Origin: an uncultured Myxococcales bacterium
GTDB lineage: Bacteria; Myxococcota_A; UBA9042
DNA length: 64,000 nucleotides
NCBI GenBank assembly: GCA_903955385.1
Contig: CAJBNH010000072.1
Location: 40,063-104,062, forward strand
Direction of reading: 5' to 3'
Shown: piece by piece, positions 30,569-41,169 of the stretch
Numbering within the stretch: the first letter of the stretch is position 1
Layout: every line of letters begins with the position of its first letter
Position numbers and translations under genes: made by a program
The notes under the pieces: model-generated
What the model saw: the letters and a program-made list of their open reading frames with translations, nothing else
The model's database searches: none
Told to the model about the DNA's origin: nothing

Positions 30569-30954
30569 GCGGTCGCTTGCTGCTGGACACCCATGCTGTC
30601 GTGTGGTGGCTGCTGGGCGACGGGCGCCTGACGCCCAGCGCGCGCGAGGCGATCGGTCAGGGGCGCGAGGTCTATGTCAGCGCCGCGAGTGCGTGGGAGA
30701 TCTCGACCAAGGCGCGCCTGGGCAAGTGGCCTGAGGCGGCGGAATTCGCGCAGGATCTTGGGATGTGGGTGCGGCGGCAGGGGATGCGCACGCTCGAGAT
30801 CACGCTGGACCATGGCCTGCGCGCGGGGCAATTGCCGGGACCGCATCGGGATCCGTTCGATCGGATGTTGCTGGCCCAGTGTCAGGCCGAGGCGCTTTCG
30901 CTTGTGAGTTGCGACGTTGCGTTGGACGGCTATGGCGTTCGGCGGGTTTGGTAG
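30565..30954 (+). CDS. vapC: PIN-domain VapC toxin
   Basis: GTGA overlap with the antitoxin; LLLDTHAVVWW, VSAASAWEI..K, HRDPFDRML.AQ, LVSCD. Confidence 0.92.
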   Translation: MSGRLLLDTHAVVWWLLGDGRLTPSAREAIGQGREVYVSAASAWEISTKARLGKWPEAAEFAQDLGMWVRRQGMRTLEITLDHGLRAGQLPGPHRDPFDRMLLAQCQAEALSLVSCDVALDGYGVRRVW

Positions 30955-30959
30955 GGGCG

Positions 30960-32483
30960 TCAGGTCTCGAACCGCGCCTTCAACCGCTCCAGCAACGCCC
31001 CATGCAGCCCCTGGAAGTCGCGGCCGCTCATCGCAAGCACCACGTCTCCCGGTTCGGCGGCGCCGGCCACGTAATCGACGATGTCCGCGACGGCCGGAAT
31101 GAAGCGGGCGGACGTCCCCTGCGCCTCGATCGATTGGCACACCGCGCCCGCGTCCATGATCTCGTCGGGCTTGAGCTTGTCGCCTTCCTTGTGCAGCGGA
31201 CTGCACAGCACCACGCGATCGGCTAGCGCGAACACGTCGGGGTACACCGTCTCGAAGACCTTGCGGCGCGACGTGTTGGACTCGGCCTCGAACAGCGCCC
31301 ACAGCCGGTGCCCCGGGTACTGGCCGCGGATCGCCGCGATCGTCTCCTTCACGGCGGTCGGATGGTGCGCGTAGTCGTCGATGACCGAGACGCCCCCCAC
31401 AACCCCGCGCAGCTCCTGACGTTTGCGTACGCTCTTGAACTGTGCCAGCGCCGCGATCGCCTGCGCGATCGTCACGCCCAGATCCAACGCCAGCAGCAGG
31501 GCCGCCGTCGCATTCAGCACGTTGTGGCGACCCGGCGACGGGCACAGGAACGGCCCCAGAATCGCGGTCTCGCTGGGCCACCACGGCAGGTCAGCCTGCG
31601 ACCCGGCAGGGCGGTAGAGGCTGAAACGTGCACCATCCGGGCCCAAACCGTGCAGATCGATCGCCACGTCCAGCGGCAGCCCGCCCTCGAAGCCGTAGCG
31701 GGCCACACGTCCCTTGCAGGCGTCGAGCACCGCTGTTACCCGCTCGTCCTCGCCCCACGCCACCAGCAGGCCGTCGGCCGGGAAGAGCGACGCGTACAAG
31801 CGAAACGCCCGCTGCACCGCCGCGAAGTCGGGGTAGATGTCGGCATGATCGAACTCGACCGAGGTCAACACGCCGTGATGCGGCCGGTAGTGCACGAATT
31901 TCGGGCGCTTGTCGTAATACGCGGTGTCGTACTCGTCGCCCTCGATGACAAAGGGCTTGCCCTCGCCCAGGCGAAACGACGTCCCCAGGTTCAGCGGCAC
32001 TCCGCCGACCAACAGCCCCGGCGACAGGCCCGAGGCCTCGAGCAGCCACGCGAGCATGGACGTGGTGGTCGTCTTGCCGTGCGTGCCCGCGACGACGACG
32101 GGAATGCGGCCCGGCAGCATCCACTCGCCCAGCCCTTCGGGAAACGAGCAGTACGGCAGGTTCTTGGCGCGCATCGCCTCGGCCTCGACGTTGTCGCGCT
32201 TGACCACGTTGCCGACGACCACCAAGTCCGGGCCCCAGTCCAGGTTCTTGGCGTCGTAGCCGTCCCAGAAGGGGATGCCCCAGCGCTCGAGCTGGCCGCG
32301 CATCGGGTGGAAGACGCCCGCGTCCGAGCCGCGCACTTCCATGCCGCGCGCTTGCAGCATGCCGGCGAAATTGCCCATGGCCGACCCGCCGATGCCGATC
32401 AGGTGGACCTTCTTGACCTTGGCGTAGTCGACGGGCGGGCGGGCTTCCGGGACGCGCTCGGCGGGGCCGGGGATGAAGGGCAT
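30960..32483 (-). CDS. mpl: Mpl/MurC-family UDP-MurNAc peptide ligase (Mpl-like)
   Basis: HLIGIGGSAMG, VAGTHGKTTT, FVIEGDEYDTAYYDKRPKF.HY, EFDHADIY, DDYAHHPT. DEYD/HADI and GxAMG fit Mpl better than MurC. Confidence 0.82.
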   Translation of the reverse strand: MPFIPGPAERVPEARPPVDYAKVKKVHLIGIGGSAMGNFAGMLQARGMEVRGSDAGVFHPMRGQLERWGIPFWDGYDAKNLDWGPDLVVVGNVVKRDNVEAEAMRAKNLPYCSFPEGLGEWMLPGRIPVVVAGTHGKTTTTSMLAWLLEASGLSPGLLVGGVPLNLGTSFRLGEGKPFVIEGDEYDTAYYDKRPKFVHYRPHHGVLTSVEFDHADIYPDFAAVQRAFRLYASLFPADGLLVAWGEDERVTAVLDACKGRVARYGFEGGLPLDVAIDLHGLGPDGARFSLYRPAGSQADLPWWPSETAILGPFLCPSPGRHNVLNATAALLLALDLGVTIAQAIAALAQFKSVRKRQELRGVVGGVSVIDDYAHHPTAVKETIAAIRGQYPGHRLWALFEAESNTSRRKVFETVYPDVFALADRVVLCSPLHKEGDKLKPDEIMDAGAVCQSIEAQGTSARFIPAVADIVDYVAGAAEPGDVVLAMSGRDFQGLHGALLERLKARFET

Positions 32484-32951
32484 GGCGGGGGCTCCTTGCT
32501 GGCGGGAATGCGAGACGGCGAGGGCGGTTCCGGGGCCTCAGTGTCGTCGGCCGCAGACTAGCGCGGGGCCGGTGGGTGTCAAAAAGGCGGGAGGGGTCAG
32601 GTATTCCCATTTCGCACTTTTCGGCGGGCCTGACGAGTCCGGTCGGGAGGCAAGGGCGGTCGGGCGTGCCCCTGCGGCCCTAACGGGCCTGGGGTCGCGC
32701 TGGCGGTCGGCTGCGCCGACTCGTGACGCCCGGCGGCCGGGCGCCACGACCCCTGCGGGGCGCACATCGCTCACGCGTGAGATTTCTGGCGTCCATGCAG
32801 AGACTTGTCCTATCCACCGCACCATCGGCCCTCCCGAATTCCACCACGTCGCGCGGCAAATCCCGCCAGCGAGCGACAAGTAGGCGACGTTTGCCCACGT
32901 CGCCGGCGGTCGGACCGCCGCGACGCGCGGGCACTTTCGGGAGGAACCGCC

Positions 32952-33212
32952 ATGCCAGAGATCAGTCGCTTCCTCGGCCTTGTCGTCCGGATGTACTGGG
33001 ACGATCACCCGCCGCCGCACATCCATGTCGAATACGCCAGCGAGCAAGCCATCTTGCGCTTCGATACGATGGAAGTCGTCCGAGGTCGCCTGCACGGCCG
33101 CGCACTTGCGCTCCTGATCGAGTGGGCGGTCTTGCATCGGGCGGAGTTGGCCGCAAACTGGACCCGTGTCGAGCGCGGCGAGCCCCTGCAGCCCATCGCC
33201 CCGCTGGAGTAG
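32952..33212 (+). CDS. DUF4160 protein (DhiT/HicA-like putative toxin)
   Basis: GGAGGA RBS; MPEISRFLG+V+.MY..DH.PPH.H..Y, EWA..H..EL..NW, I.PL. Confidence 0.88.
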   Translation: MPEISRFLGLVVRMYWDDHPPPHIHVEYASEQAILRFDTMEVVRGRLHGRALALLIEWAVLHRAELAANWTRVERGEPLQPIAPLE

Positions 33213-33214
33213 TC

Positions 33215-33457
33215 ATGGAACGCATCGTCGAACTCGAGTCGCGGCCGCCGTACCGCCTGTATCTCCGCTTCGATGATGGCGTGTGCGGCGAAGTCGATCT
33301 CGCGGACCGATTGCTGGGGCCCATGTTCGCACCGCTGCACGACCCCACCTACTTCGCGCGGGTGGTGCTGTCGGACTACGGTGCGCCGCTGTGGCCGAAC
33401 GGGCTCGACCTCGCGCCCGACGCGCTGCACGAGCGGCTGCGGCGTCGGCGCGGGTGA
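33215..33457 (+). CDS. DUF2442 protein (DhiA-like putative antitoxin)
   Basis: Y.L.L.FDDG..G.VDL, F.PL.DP.YF..V, ...WPNGLDLAPD.L; starts 2 nt after DUF4160. Confidence 0.88.
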   Translation: MERIVELESRPPYRLYLRFDDGVCGEVDLADRLLGPMFAPLHDPTYFARVVLSDYGAPLWPNGLDLAPDALHERLRRRRG

Positions 33458-33619
33458 GCCTCGGTGCGGCACAAGGCGCGGGCGATTTGCGGGCGTCTGC
33501 CGGGCCTCCCTTCTCGGAGTGTGCCGGCGCGCGAGCCAGCCAAACCAGGCTTGATGACACGGGCTCGCGAGTTCTGCAGACTGGGCTGCGGCCATCGCGG
33601 ATTGCCTGCGGGAGAATTC

Positions 33620-34147
33620 ATGCGACACCTCGCAATCACAGGTTGCCTCCTCGCGGTTTCGGTCGCCGCCTGCGTCTCGGCCCCCGACCCACCCCTGCCC
33701 GGTGCCTACTGCGGCACGTGGCGCGTGGAGGCGTGGGCCAACCGGCCTGGCTACCCTTCCTGCGGAGCTGCCGACGCGTGGCAAGCCGGGCGTCCTGGGC
33801 GCTTCACGGCGACCATCCAGGGCGACTCGGCCGAGCAGCGCGTCATGGCAATCGCGCTGGACTACGCCGGTGCACCGGGCGCTCCTTCGGTGCTTGATCT
33901 CTCGGTCTTCTGCCCGATCGGGATCGAGTCGACGGTCTGCTTCGGCGACGCCTGGACAGGAACCTGGGATGAGGCGGACACCAAGGTCCAACTGGAGGTG
34001 AACAACCCGGCCGTGATGTGGGAGGCCCGCGATGCCCGGCTGAGCGTCCTGCGCATCCTGCGCCGTTTCGAGGGCGCAGCCGTGCTGCCGACCAGCACTT
34101 GCGCGGACTTCCTCTTCCTCGAGCAGGGTCCGTCCTGCCCGCCGTGA
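33620..34147 (+). CDS. Hypothetical lipoprotein
   Basis: GGAG RBS, lipobox VAAC, lipocalin-like start YCGTWRV, several Cys. Confidence 0.6.
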   Translation: MRHLAITGCLLAVSVAACVSAPDPPLPGAYCGTWRVEAWANRPGYPSCGAADAWQAGRPGRFTATIQGDSAEQRVMAIALDYAGAPGAPSVLDLSVFCPIGIESTVCFGDAWTGTWDEADTKVQLEVNNPAVMWEARDARLSVLRILRRFEGAAVLPTSTCADFLFLEQGPSCPP

Positions 34148-34189
34148 CCTGCGGGTGACTCCCACTGGCGCCGCACCTATCCTCGCCCC

Positions 34190-34636
34190 ATGGCACACGA
34201 ACCCGCCGACGCCGAGCTGCAGGCCGCCCGCGACGAGGCGATCCGCATCGCCCACGTCGTGGTCGAGGCGCTTCCCGCTCGCGTCGCCCTCGACACCGCC
34301 TGGCTCTACGGCTCGGGCGCCACGGGGCGGCTGCGCAAGGACAGCGACCTCGACATCGGGCTGCTGCTGCAGGGCAGTGTCTCCGCTTGGGAACTCGCTA
34401 AGCTCGCAGCGGAATTCGAACCGCTCGCCGGCCGCCCCCTGCAGTTGGTGGATCTCGACGCGGCCGGACCCATCCTCGCGCGCCAGGTGCTCGCCAAGGG
34501 GGTGCTGGTGCTCGACGCCAAGCCCGCGCGGCGGCATCACTTCCTGATGCGCACGATGACGGCTTACGCGGACTTGAAGCACGCGCGAGCGCCAGTCGAG
34601 GCCGCCTTGCGAGCGAGGTTGCGCCGTGAGGGGTGA
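34190..34636 (+). CDS. Minimal nucleotidyltransferase (MntA-type antitoxin-like)
   Basis: WLYGS.A.G..R.DSDLDI (GS-x10-DxD), G.P+.LVDL..A.P+L..QV...G.L. Confidence 0.85.
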   Translation: MAHEPADAELQAARDEAIRIAHVVVEALPARVALDTAWLYGSGATGRLRKDSDLDIGLLLQGSVSAWELAKLAAEFEPLAGRPLQLVDLDAAGPILARQVLAKGVLVLDAKPARRHHFLMRTMTAYADLKHARAPVEAALRARLRREG

Positions 34637-34731
34637 CGTCGATCAAGCTACGAACCATCGCGTTCACGGCGCGCTGCTCGCGGCCGTGCTGCTCCCGCAG
34701 GCCAAGATCCTTGGCAGATCGCTGAGCAGGG

Positions 34732-35313
34732 GGTAGCCCCCGGACTGAAGTCCAGGGGCTACCGTTCGAGAAGTCCGCGTCGATGACGCGCGGACTGGCA
34801 AACCGCGCGGCGAATTTCGTCTCGGAGCGATAATCGCTTGCGCATTGCCACGCGCGAACCGGTGACGTCGATGAGCCACGTCCATTCTTGTTTGCACGTC
34901 CACCTGGTCTGGTCGGTCAAGGACCGTGCCCGCTTGTTGACACCGGAGGTCTGGGGTTGGCTTGCGGGGGCCATGTCGACGAAAGCGCGCGCCCTGGGCT
35001 GCCGGCATGGCGTTGTCGGCGGCGTCGACGACCACATCCATGTCCTGGCAGACCTGCCGCCCACGCTGGCCGTGTCCGAATTGGTGCGCCAGATCAAGGG
35101 CGCGACCAGCTACATCGCACATTCGAAAGGTGCCGCGCTTTCCTGGCAGCCGGGTTACGGCGCGTTTGCCGTCAGCAAGGACGACGTCGCTGCGGTCGAC
35201 GCGTACGTTCGAGGGCAGGTCGCGCATCATGCGGACCGAACGCTTCGCGTGGACCTGGAGCCAGTCCCGCAGGGACTTCTTGAACGGTAGCCCACGGACT
35301 TCAGTCCGGGGGC
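34732..35313 (+). mobile_element. REP-flanked Y1 transposase element (REPtron/RAYT-like)
   Basis: Inverted GTAG-REP palindromes at 34732-34763 and 35287-35313 bracket the tnpA; about 39-bp terminal inverted repeats. Confidence 0.8.
34871..35290 (+). CDS. tnpA: IS200/IS605-family Y1 (HUH) transposase, RAYT-like
   Basis: HLVWSVK.R, HUH motif DHIH, +.ELVR.IKG.TS, WQ.GYGAF.VS, catalytic Y in AYVRGQ..HH. Confidence 0.9.
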   Translation: MSHVHSCLHVHLVWSVKDRARLLTPEVWGWLAGAMSTKARALGCRHGVVGGVDDHIHVLADLPPTLAVSELVRQIKGATSYIAHSKGAALSWQPGYGAFAVSKDDVAAVDAYVRGQVAHHADRTLRVDLEPVPQGLLER

Positions 35314-35385
35314 CCCCGCCGTTGCCGACGCTGCCCCCTGCTGCGGTGCCGACCTTGCGCCCTGCTTTGCGCCCGCGATCGCCCC

Positions 35386-35655
35386 CTACTTCAAAGCCGC
35401 CTTCATGCGCGCCAAAAGCGGCGAAGCCTCGTCGTCCAACCCAAAGCTCCGCCCCGCCTCCTTGAACGCCACGGTCCCGGCCGTCGCCTCCAACCCATGC
35501 TTGCCGAAAGCCTTCTCCTGAATCGCCATCGGCAGCGCGATCATCTTGGCCACGTCGCCCGCCGCCTTGGCCGCCGCCATGTTGGCCTTGAACGTCGGGT
35601 CCTCGAAGCCCTCTACGATGGTCTGGAGGATGTCGAGAAACGTTGCCTTGTCCAT
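35386..35655 (-). CDS. 89-aa helical protein resembling eukaryotic protein C10 (C12orf57)
   Basis: GAGGAG RBS inside the last codons of the upstream ATPase and strong codon bias. By-eye match to recalled C10 motifs. Confidence 0.6.
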   Translation of the reverse strand: MDKATFLDILQTIVEGFEDPTFKANMAAAKAAGDVAKMIALPMAIQEKAFGKHGLEATAGTVAFKEAGRSFGLDDEASPLLARMKAALK

Positions 35656-35658
35656 GGG

Positions 35659-38046
<2,388 letters not shown>

Positions 38047-38088
38047 GGCGAGCGAGGTTAGCGCAATCCGGGGCCTTTGTCTCTCGCG

Positions 38089-38117
38089 TTGACCCTCTGG
38101 CCAGTGGGCGGTATCGT
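38089..38117 (+). promoter_or_regulatory. Sigma70-like promoter upstream of serA-like gene
   Basis: TTGACC-N17-TATCGT. Confidence 0.5.
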
Positions 38118-38227
38118 GCCGTCGCCGTCCACGAAGAGGTTTCTCCTCCGCCCGACGTCGCCGGACAGCTCCGGCTCTCCCGTCCAGGGCCAGCGACGGC
38201 AGCACCTTCCCCCGAAGAGGTTTCCCC

Positions 38228-39190
38228 ATGAGCAACGCCAAGTTCCATGTCCTCGTCAGCGACAGCATCGCCGCAGAGGGCGTGGACGTCCTGCGCAACA
38301 GCGGTGTCTGCGAAGTCGACGTCAAGGTCGGACTCAAGCCTGCGGAATTGCACGAGATCATCGGCAACTACGACGCGCTGGTCATCCGGTCGGCCACCAA
38401 GGTCACGGCAGAGACGTTCGGTTTCGCCAAGAAGCTCAAGGCCATCGGCCGCGCGGGCGCCGGCGTCGACAACGTGGACGTTCCCGCCGCCACCACCAAC
38501 AAGACCGTCGTCATGAACACGCCGGCGGGCAACAACTTGAGCGTCGCCGAGCTGGCGATCGGCCACATGTTCGGCCTGTTGCGCCGCATCCCCGAGGCGT
38601 CGGCGTCGACCAAGGCCGGCAAGTGGGAGAAGGCCAAGCTGATGGGCCAGGAGCTGACCGGCAAGACGGTCGGCATCCTGGGTCTGGGCGGCATCGGCAA
38701 GATCGTCGCCAAGAAGGCCAACGCCTTGGACACCAAGGTGATCGGTCACGACCCGGTCGTCACCGCAGAGCAGGCCAAGGCGCTGGGCGTCGAGTGGGTC
38801 TCGTTCGACGACCTGCTGGCCAAGGCCGACATCCTGACCATCCACGTGCCCCTGAACGGCGCCACCCGCGGTCTGCTGAACAAGGCGGCGTTTGCCAAGG
38901 CCAAGAAGGGCCTGATGCTGATCAACGCCTCGCGCGGCGGCATCGTGGTCGAGGCGGATCTGGTCGAGGCGCTGCAGAACGGTCAGGTGGGCGCGGCTGC
39001 CGTCGACGTGTTCGAGGCCGAGCCGACCGACCCGCAGAACCCGCTGTTCGCCTTCCCGAACGTGGTCTGCACCCCGCATCTGGGCGCCTCGACGGTGCAG
39101 GCGCAGGACAACGTCGGCGTCCAGATCGCGCACCAGATCGTCGAGTTCCTGCGCGACGGCACGATCGTCAACGCGGTCAACAAGTTCTGA
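38228..39190 (+). CDS. serA: D-3-phosphoglycerate dehydrogenase-like D-2-hydroxyacid dehydrogenase (no ACT/ASB domains)
   Basis: DALVIRSATKVT, IGRAGAGVDNVD, G.EL.GKT+GI+GLG.IG, IN.SRGG+V.E, DVF..EP, TPHLGAST..AQ; only 320 aa. Confidence 0.78.
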   Translation: MSNAKFHVLVSDSIAAEGVDVLRNSGVCEVDVKVGLKPAELHEIIGNYDALVIRSATKVTAETFGFAKKLKAIGRAGAGVDNVDVPAATTNKTVVMNTPAGNNLSVAELAIGHMFGLLRRIPEASASTKAGKWEKAKLMGQELTGKTVGILGLGGIGKIVAKKANALDTKVIGHDPVVTAEQAKALGVEWVSFDDLLAKADILTIHVPLNGATRGLLNKAAFAKAKKGLMLINASRGGIVVEADLVEALQNGQVGAAAVDVFEAEPTDPQNPLFAFPNVVCTPHLGASTVQAQDNVGVQIAHQIVEFLRDGTIVNAVNKF

Positions 39191-39220
39191 TGGCTTCTTT
39201 GGGTCGTCCGTCCGGGACCG

Positions 39221-40954
39221 TTACGGCGGCCCGGGCGGGCATGCCCCGTTCTGCCGCGCGTCGATCAGCAGCAGCGGATTGAGGCAATACGCCAGCGAAT
39301 AGCCGACCTTGCTGGTCGCGTCGAACGCCGGCAGCTTGCTGCCCATGCGTGCGTACCAGGCCCAGGCCGGGTCCAGCGCAGGCGCCCCCTGCGGCATCTC
39401 GTAGTACGGCCCCACGTTCCACTTCCAGGCCCAAGGCGGTCGGCCGTAGTCGCTGGCATTCGACGTGCGCAGCTTCGATCCGATCGTGTGCGCCGGCAGT
39501 CCGGGGCGGCCCGAGGGCGGAGCGTAGGCAAACCCCGTGTCGCCAAACAGCATCCCCGCGCCCATGTTCTCGCGGCGAGGGAACCACTCGTCGTGCAGCG
39601 ACTGCAGCTCGTAGGTCGCGTGCGGTCCCGGGTTCGCGGCCGTTTGCGTCGCGGCAGAGGCCAGTGGGACCGGCAGGTACGAGATCCACTTGTCGCTGGC
39701 CTGCGTTGCAGCATCGTTGGGGCAGCGCGAGATCGCGCCGTTGTCGCCCGCGTCGAGCAGCAGACAGCTTTGGTGGGTGCGGTTGGTCAGCAGCGCAGGA
39801 TAGCGACGGGGCGTGCAGCCCGGGATGCCCTCGCAACCGAACGTGTCGTTGGCCACCGGGAACAGCTGAGCTTCCGGGTATGTGCCGCGCAGGTAGACTG
39901 CACTGGGTGAGCTGCCGCCGAATCCGCTCTCGGTCGTCGCCCAGGACCACATCGCCTCGTCGCTCTTGGCCTTGAACCACGTCGTGACGGCGACCGGATG
40001 CTCCTGCGGGAACTTGGCGACCAGCACGATGCTGCCGGCGGTATCGTTGGCGAAGGCGGTCGTGCCGTCGGCGTTGACGCGCTTGGGCCAGAAGTACAGA
40101 TAAGTAATGAAGTAGTGGCTTTGGGTCTCGGCAACCGACCAGCCGACCCTGGCGATGGGCGGGATCGGCTCGACGCTGTCCGCGTTGTCGTCGGCGTTCC
40201 AGTTGCCGTCGTAGTCGACCGAGCGAAGGCGGTCGCTCTTGCCGATAGCGGCGGAGGCATCGATGCGCTGGCGCAGCACCGGGGCATAGCGAGCGGCCAC
40301 GCGCCGGTACGCCTCCAGCTTGGGCAACCCCGCGGTGTAGAAGTGGAAAGTGTAAGGCGCCTGCAGTGACGGCCCCTTCTGCGCTTGCACCATGCCCGTG
40401 ATGACGACCTGCACGCGCGTCGCCGCCGGGACGGTGTCGGTCGCCACGAACTGCAGCTGCTTTCCCGTGACCGTCAGCTTGCCGGACACCACGGCGTCGG
40501 ACAGCGCGGTGACCAGCACGGTGTACTTCGTCACGGTCTCGGGTCGCACGTCGGCATTGAAATTCACGGTGAACGTCACGGGCGCGCCCACTCCGGTCTG
40601 GTCCTGCGTCGGGGTCGTCGACACCACCTCGAAGCTGAGCAAGGGCACGTCGGGGCCGAGATCGGGGGCCACATCCGTCGCCACGTCTATCGCATCCACG
40701 GCGTCGGTCCCGTCGACTTCCGCAGGCGTATCCGGCAGATCCGCATCCACCGTGCCGTCCGCCACGACCCCGTCGGTGGCGACCTCGCTGCCGTCGACCC
40801 ACTGGTCGAACGCGATGCCGTCGAAGGCGTCGGGCGCATCCGTGACCGTGTCTGCAGTGGTCTTGGTCGGCAGGGGATCGTCGCCACACCCCGCTGCCAG
40901 CCACACCAGCAGTGCGAAGCCCGTCAGCCAGCGTGCGGAACCGTGATGCCTCAT
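39221..40954 (-). CDS. Lipoprotein with acidic linker, SbsA/Big_5-like Ig domain and uncharacterised C-terminal domain (NPP1/Vps62-like features)
   Basis: Lipobox AAGC; VVSTTP...QTGV......VNFN (Big_5-like); then RYAPVLRQ, YFITYLYFWP, NDTAG.IVLV. Confidence 0.6.
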   Translation of the reverse strand: MRHHGSARWLTGFALLVWLAAGCGDDPLPTKTTADTVTDAPDAFDGIAFDQWVDGSEVATDGVVADGTVDADLPDTPAEVDGTDAVDAIDVATDVAPDLGPDVPLLSFEVVSTTPTQDQTGVGAPVTFTVNFNADVRPETVTKYTVLVTALSDAVVSGKLTVTGKQLQFVATDTVPAATRVQVVITGMVQAQKGPSLQAPYTFHFYTAGLPKLEAYRRVAARYAPVLRQRIDASAAIGKSDRLRSVDYDGNWNADDNADSVEPIPPIARVGWSVAETQSHYFITYLYFWPKRVNADGTTAFANDTAGSIVLVAKFPQEHPVAVTTWFKAKSDEAMWSWATTESGFGGSSPSAVYLRGTYPEAQLFPVANDTFGCEGIPGCTPRRYPALLTNRTHQSCLLLDAGDNGAISRCPNDAATQASDKWISYLPVPLASAATQTAANPGPHATYELQSLHDEWFPRRENMGAGMLFGDTGFAYAPPSGRPGLPAHTIGSKLRTSNASDYGRPPWAWKWNVGPYYEMPQGAPALDPAWAWYARMGSKLPAFDATSKVGYSLAYCLNPLLLIDARQNGACPPGPP

Positions 40955-41169
40955 GGCCAGCCTCCCAGATGCGTCCAGAACCCTCGGCGCGGCGCGGCGG
41001 GTGGTCCCGGGGCGTCGCTTGCGAGGCGCGGGCGGTCGTGTCAGTGTCCCGCGCGCGAAGTCCCCGCAGCATCGGGGGGGCGGACGGACTCGTCAAGCCG
41101 CCGCCCGCACTGGAAGCGCCTGTTTGGTGCACATTTGCGTGCCTCGCCGTCTCGCCAGGAGCCCGACCC

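Noticed and set aside
32670-32780. Integron attC site beginning at CCCTAAC
   Set aside because: No matching GTTRRRY end or L-box pairing, and no integrase in the window.
32538-33137. 199-aa minus-strand ORF
   Set aside because: Antisense shadow of the DUF4160 gene, which has clear family motifs and an RBS.
34732-35400. IS605/OMEGA element with tnpB and guide RNA
   Set aside because: No TnpB/IscB ORF beside tnpA. The ends are inverted GTAG-REPs rather than IS605-type left and right ends.
38047-38367. N-terminal 107-aa extension of the ATPase in the ORF track
   Set aside because: It overlaps the divergent serA gene and its promoter, and S13 similarity begins exactly at the internal MAR, indicating the true start at 38046.
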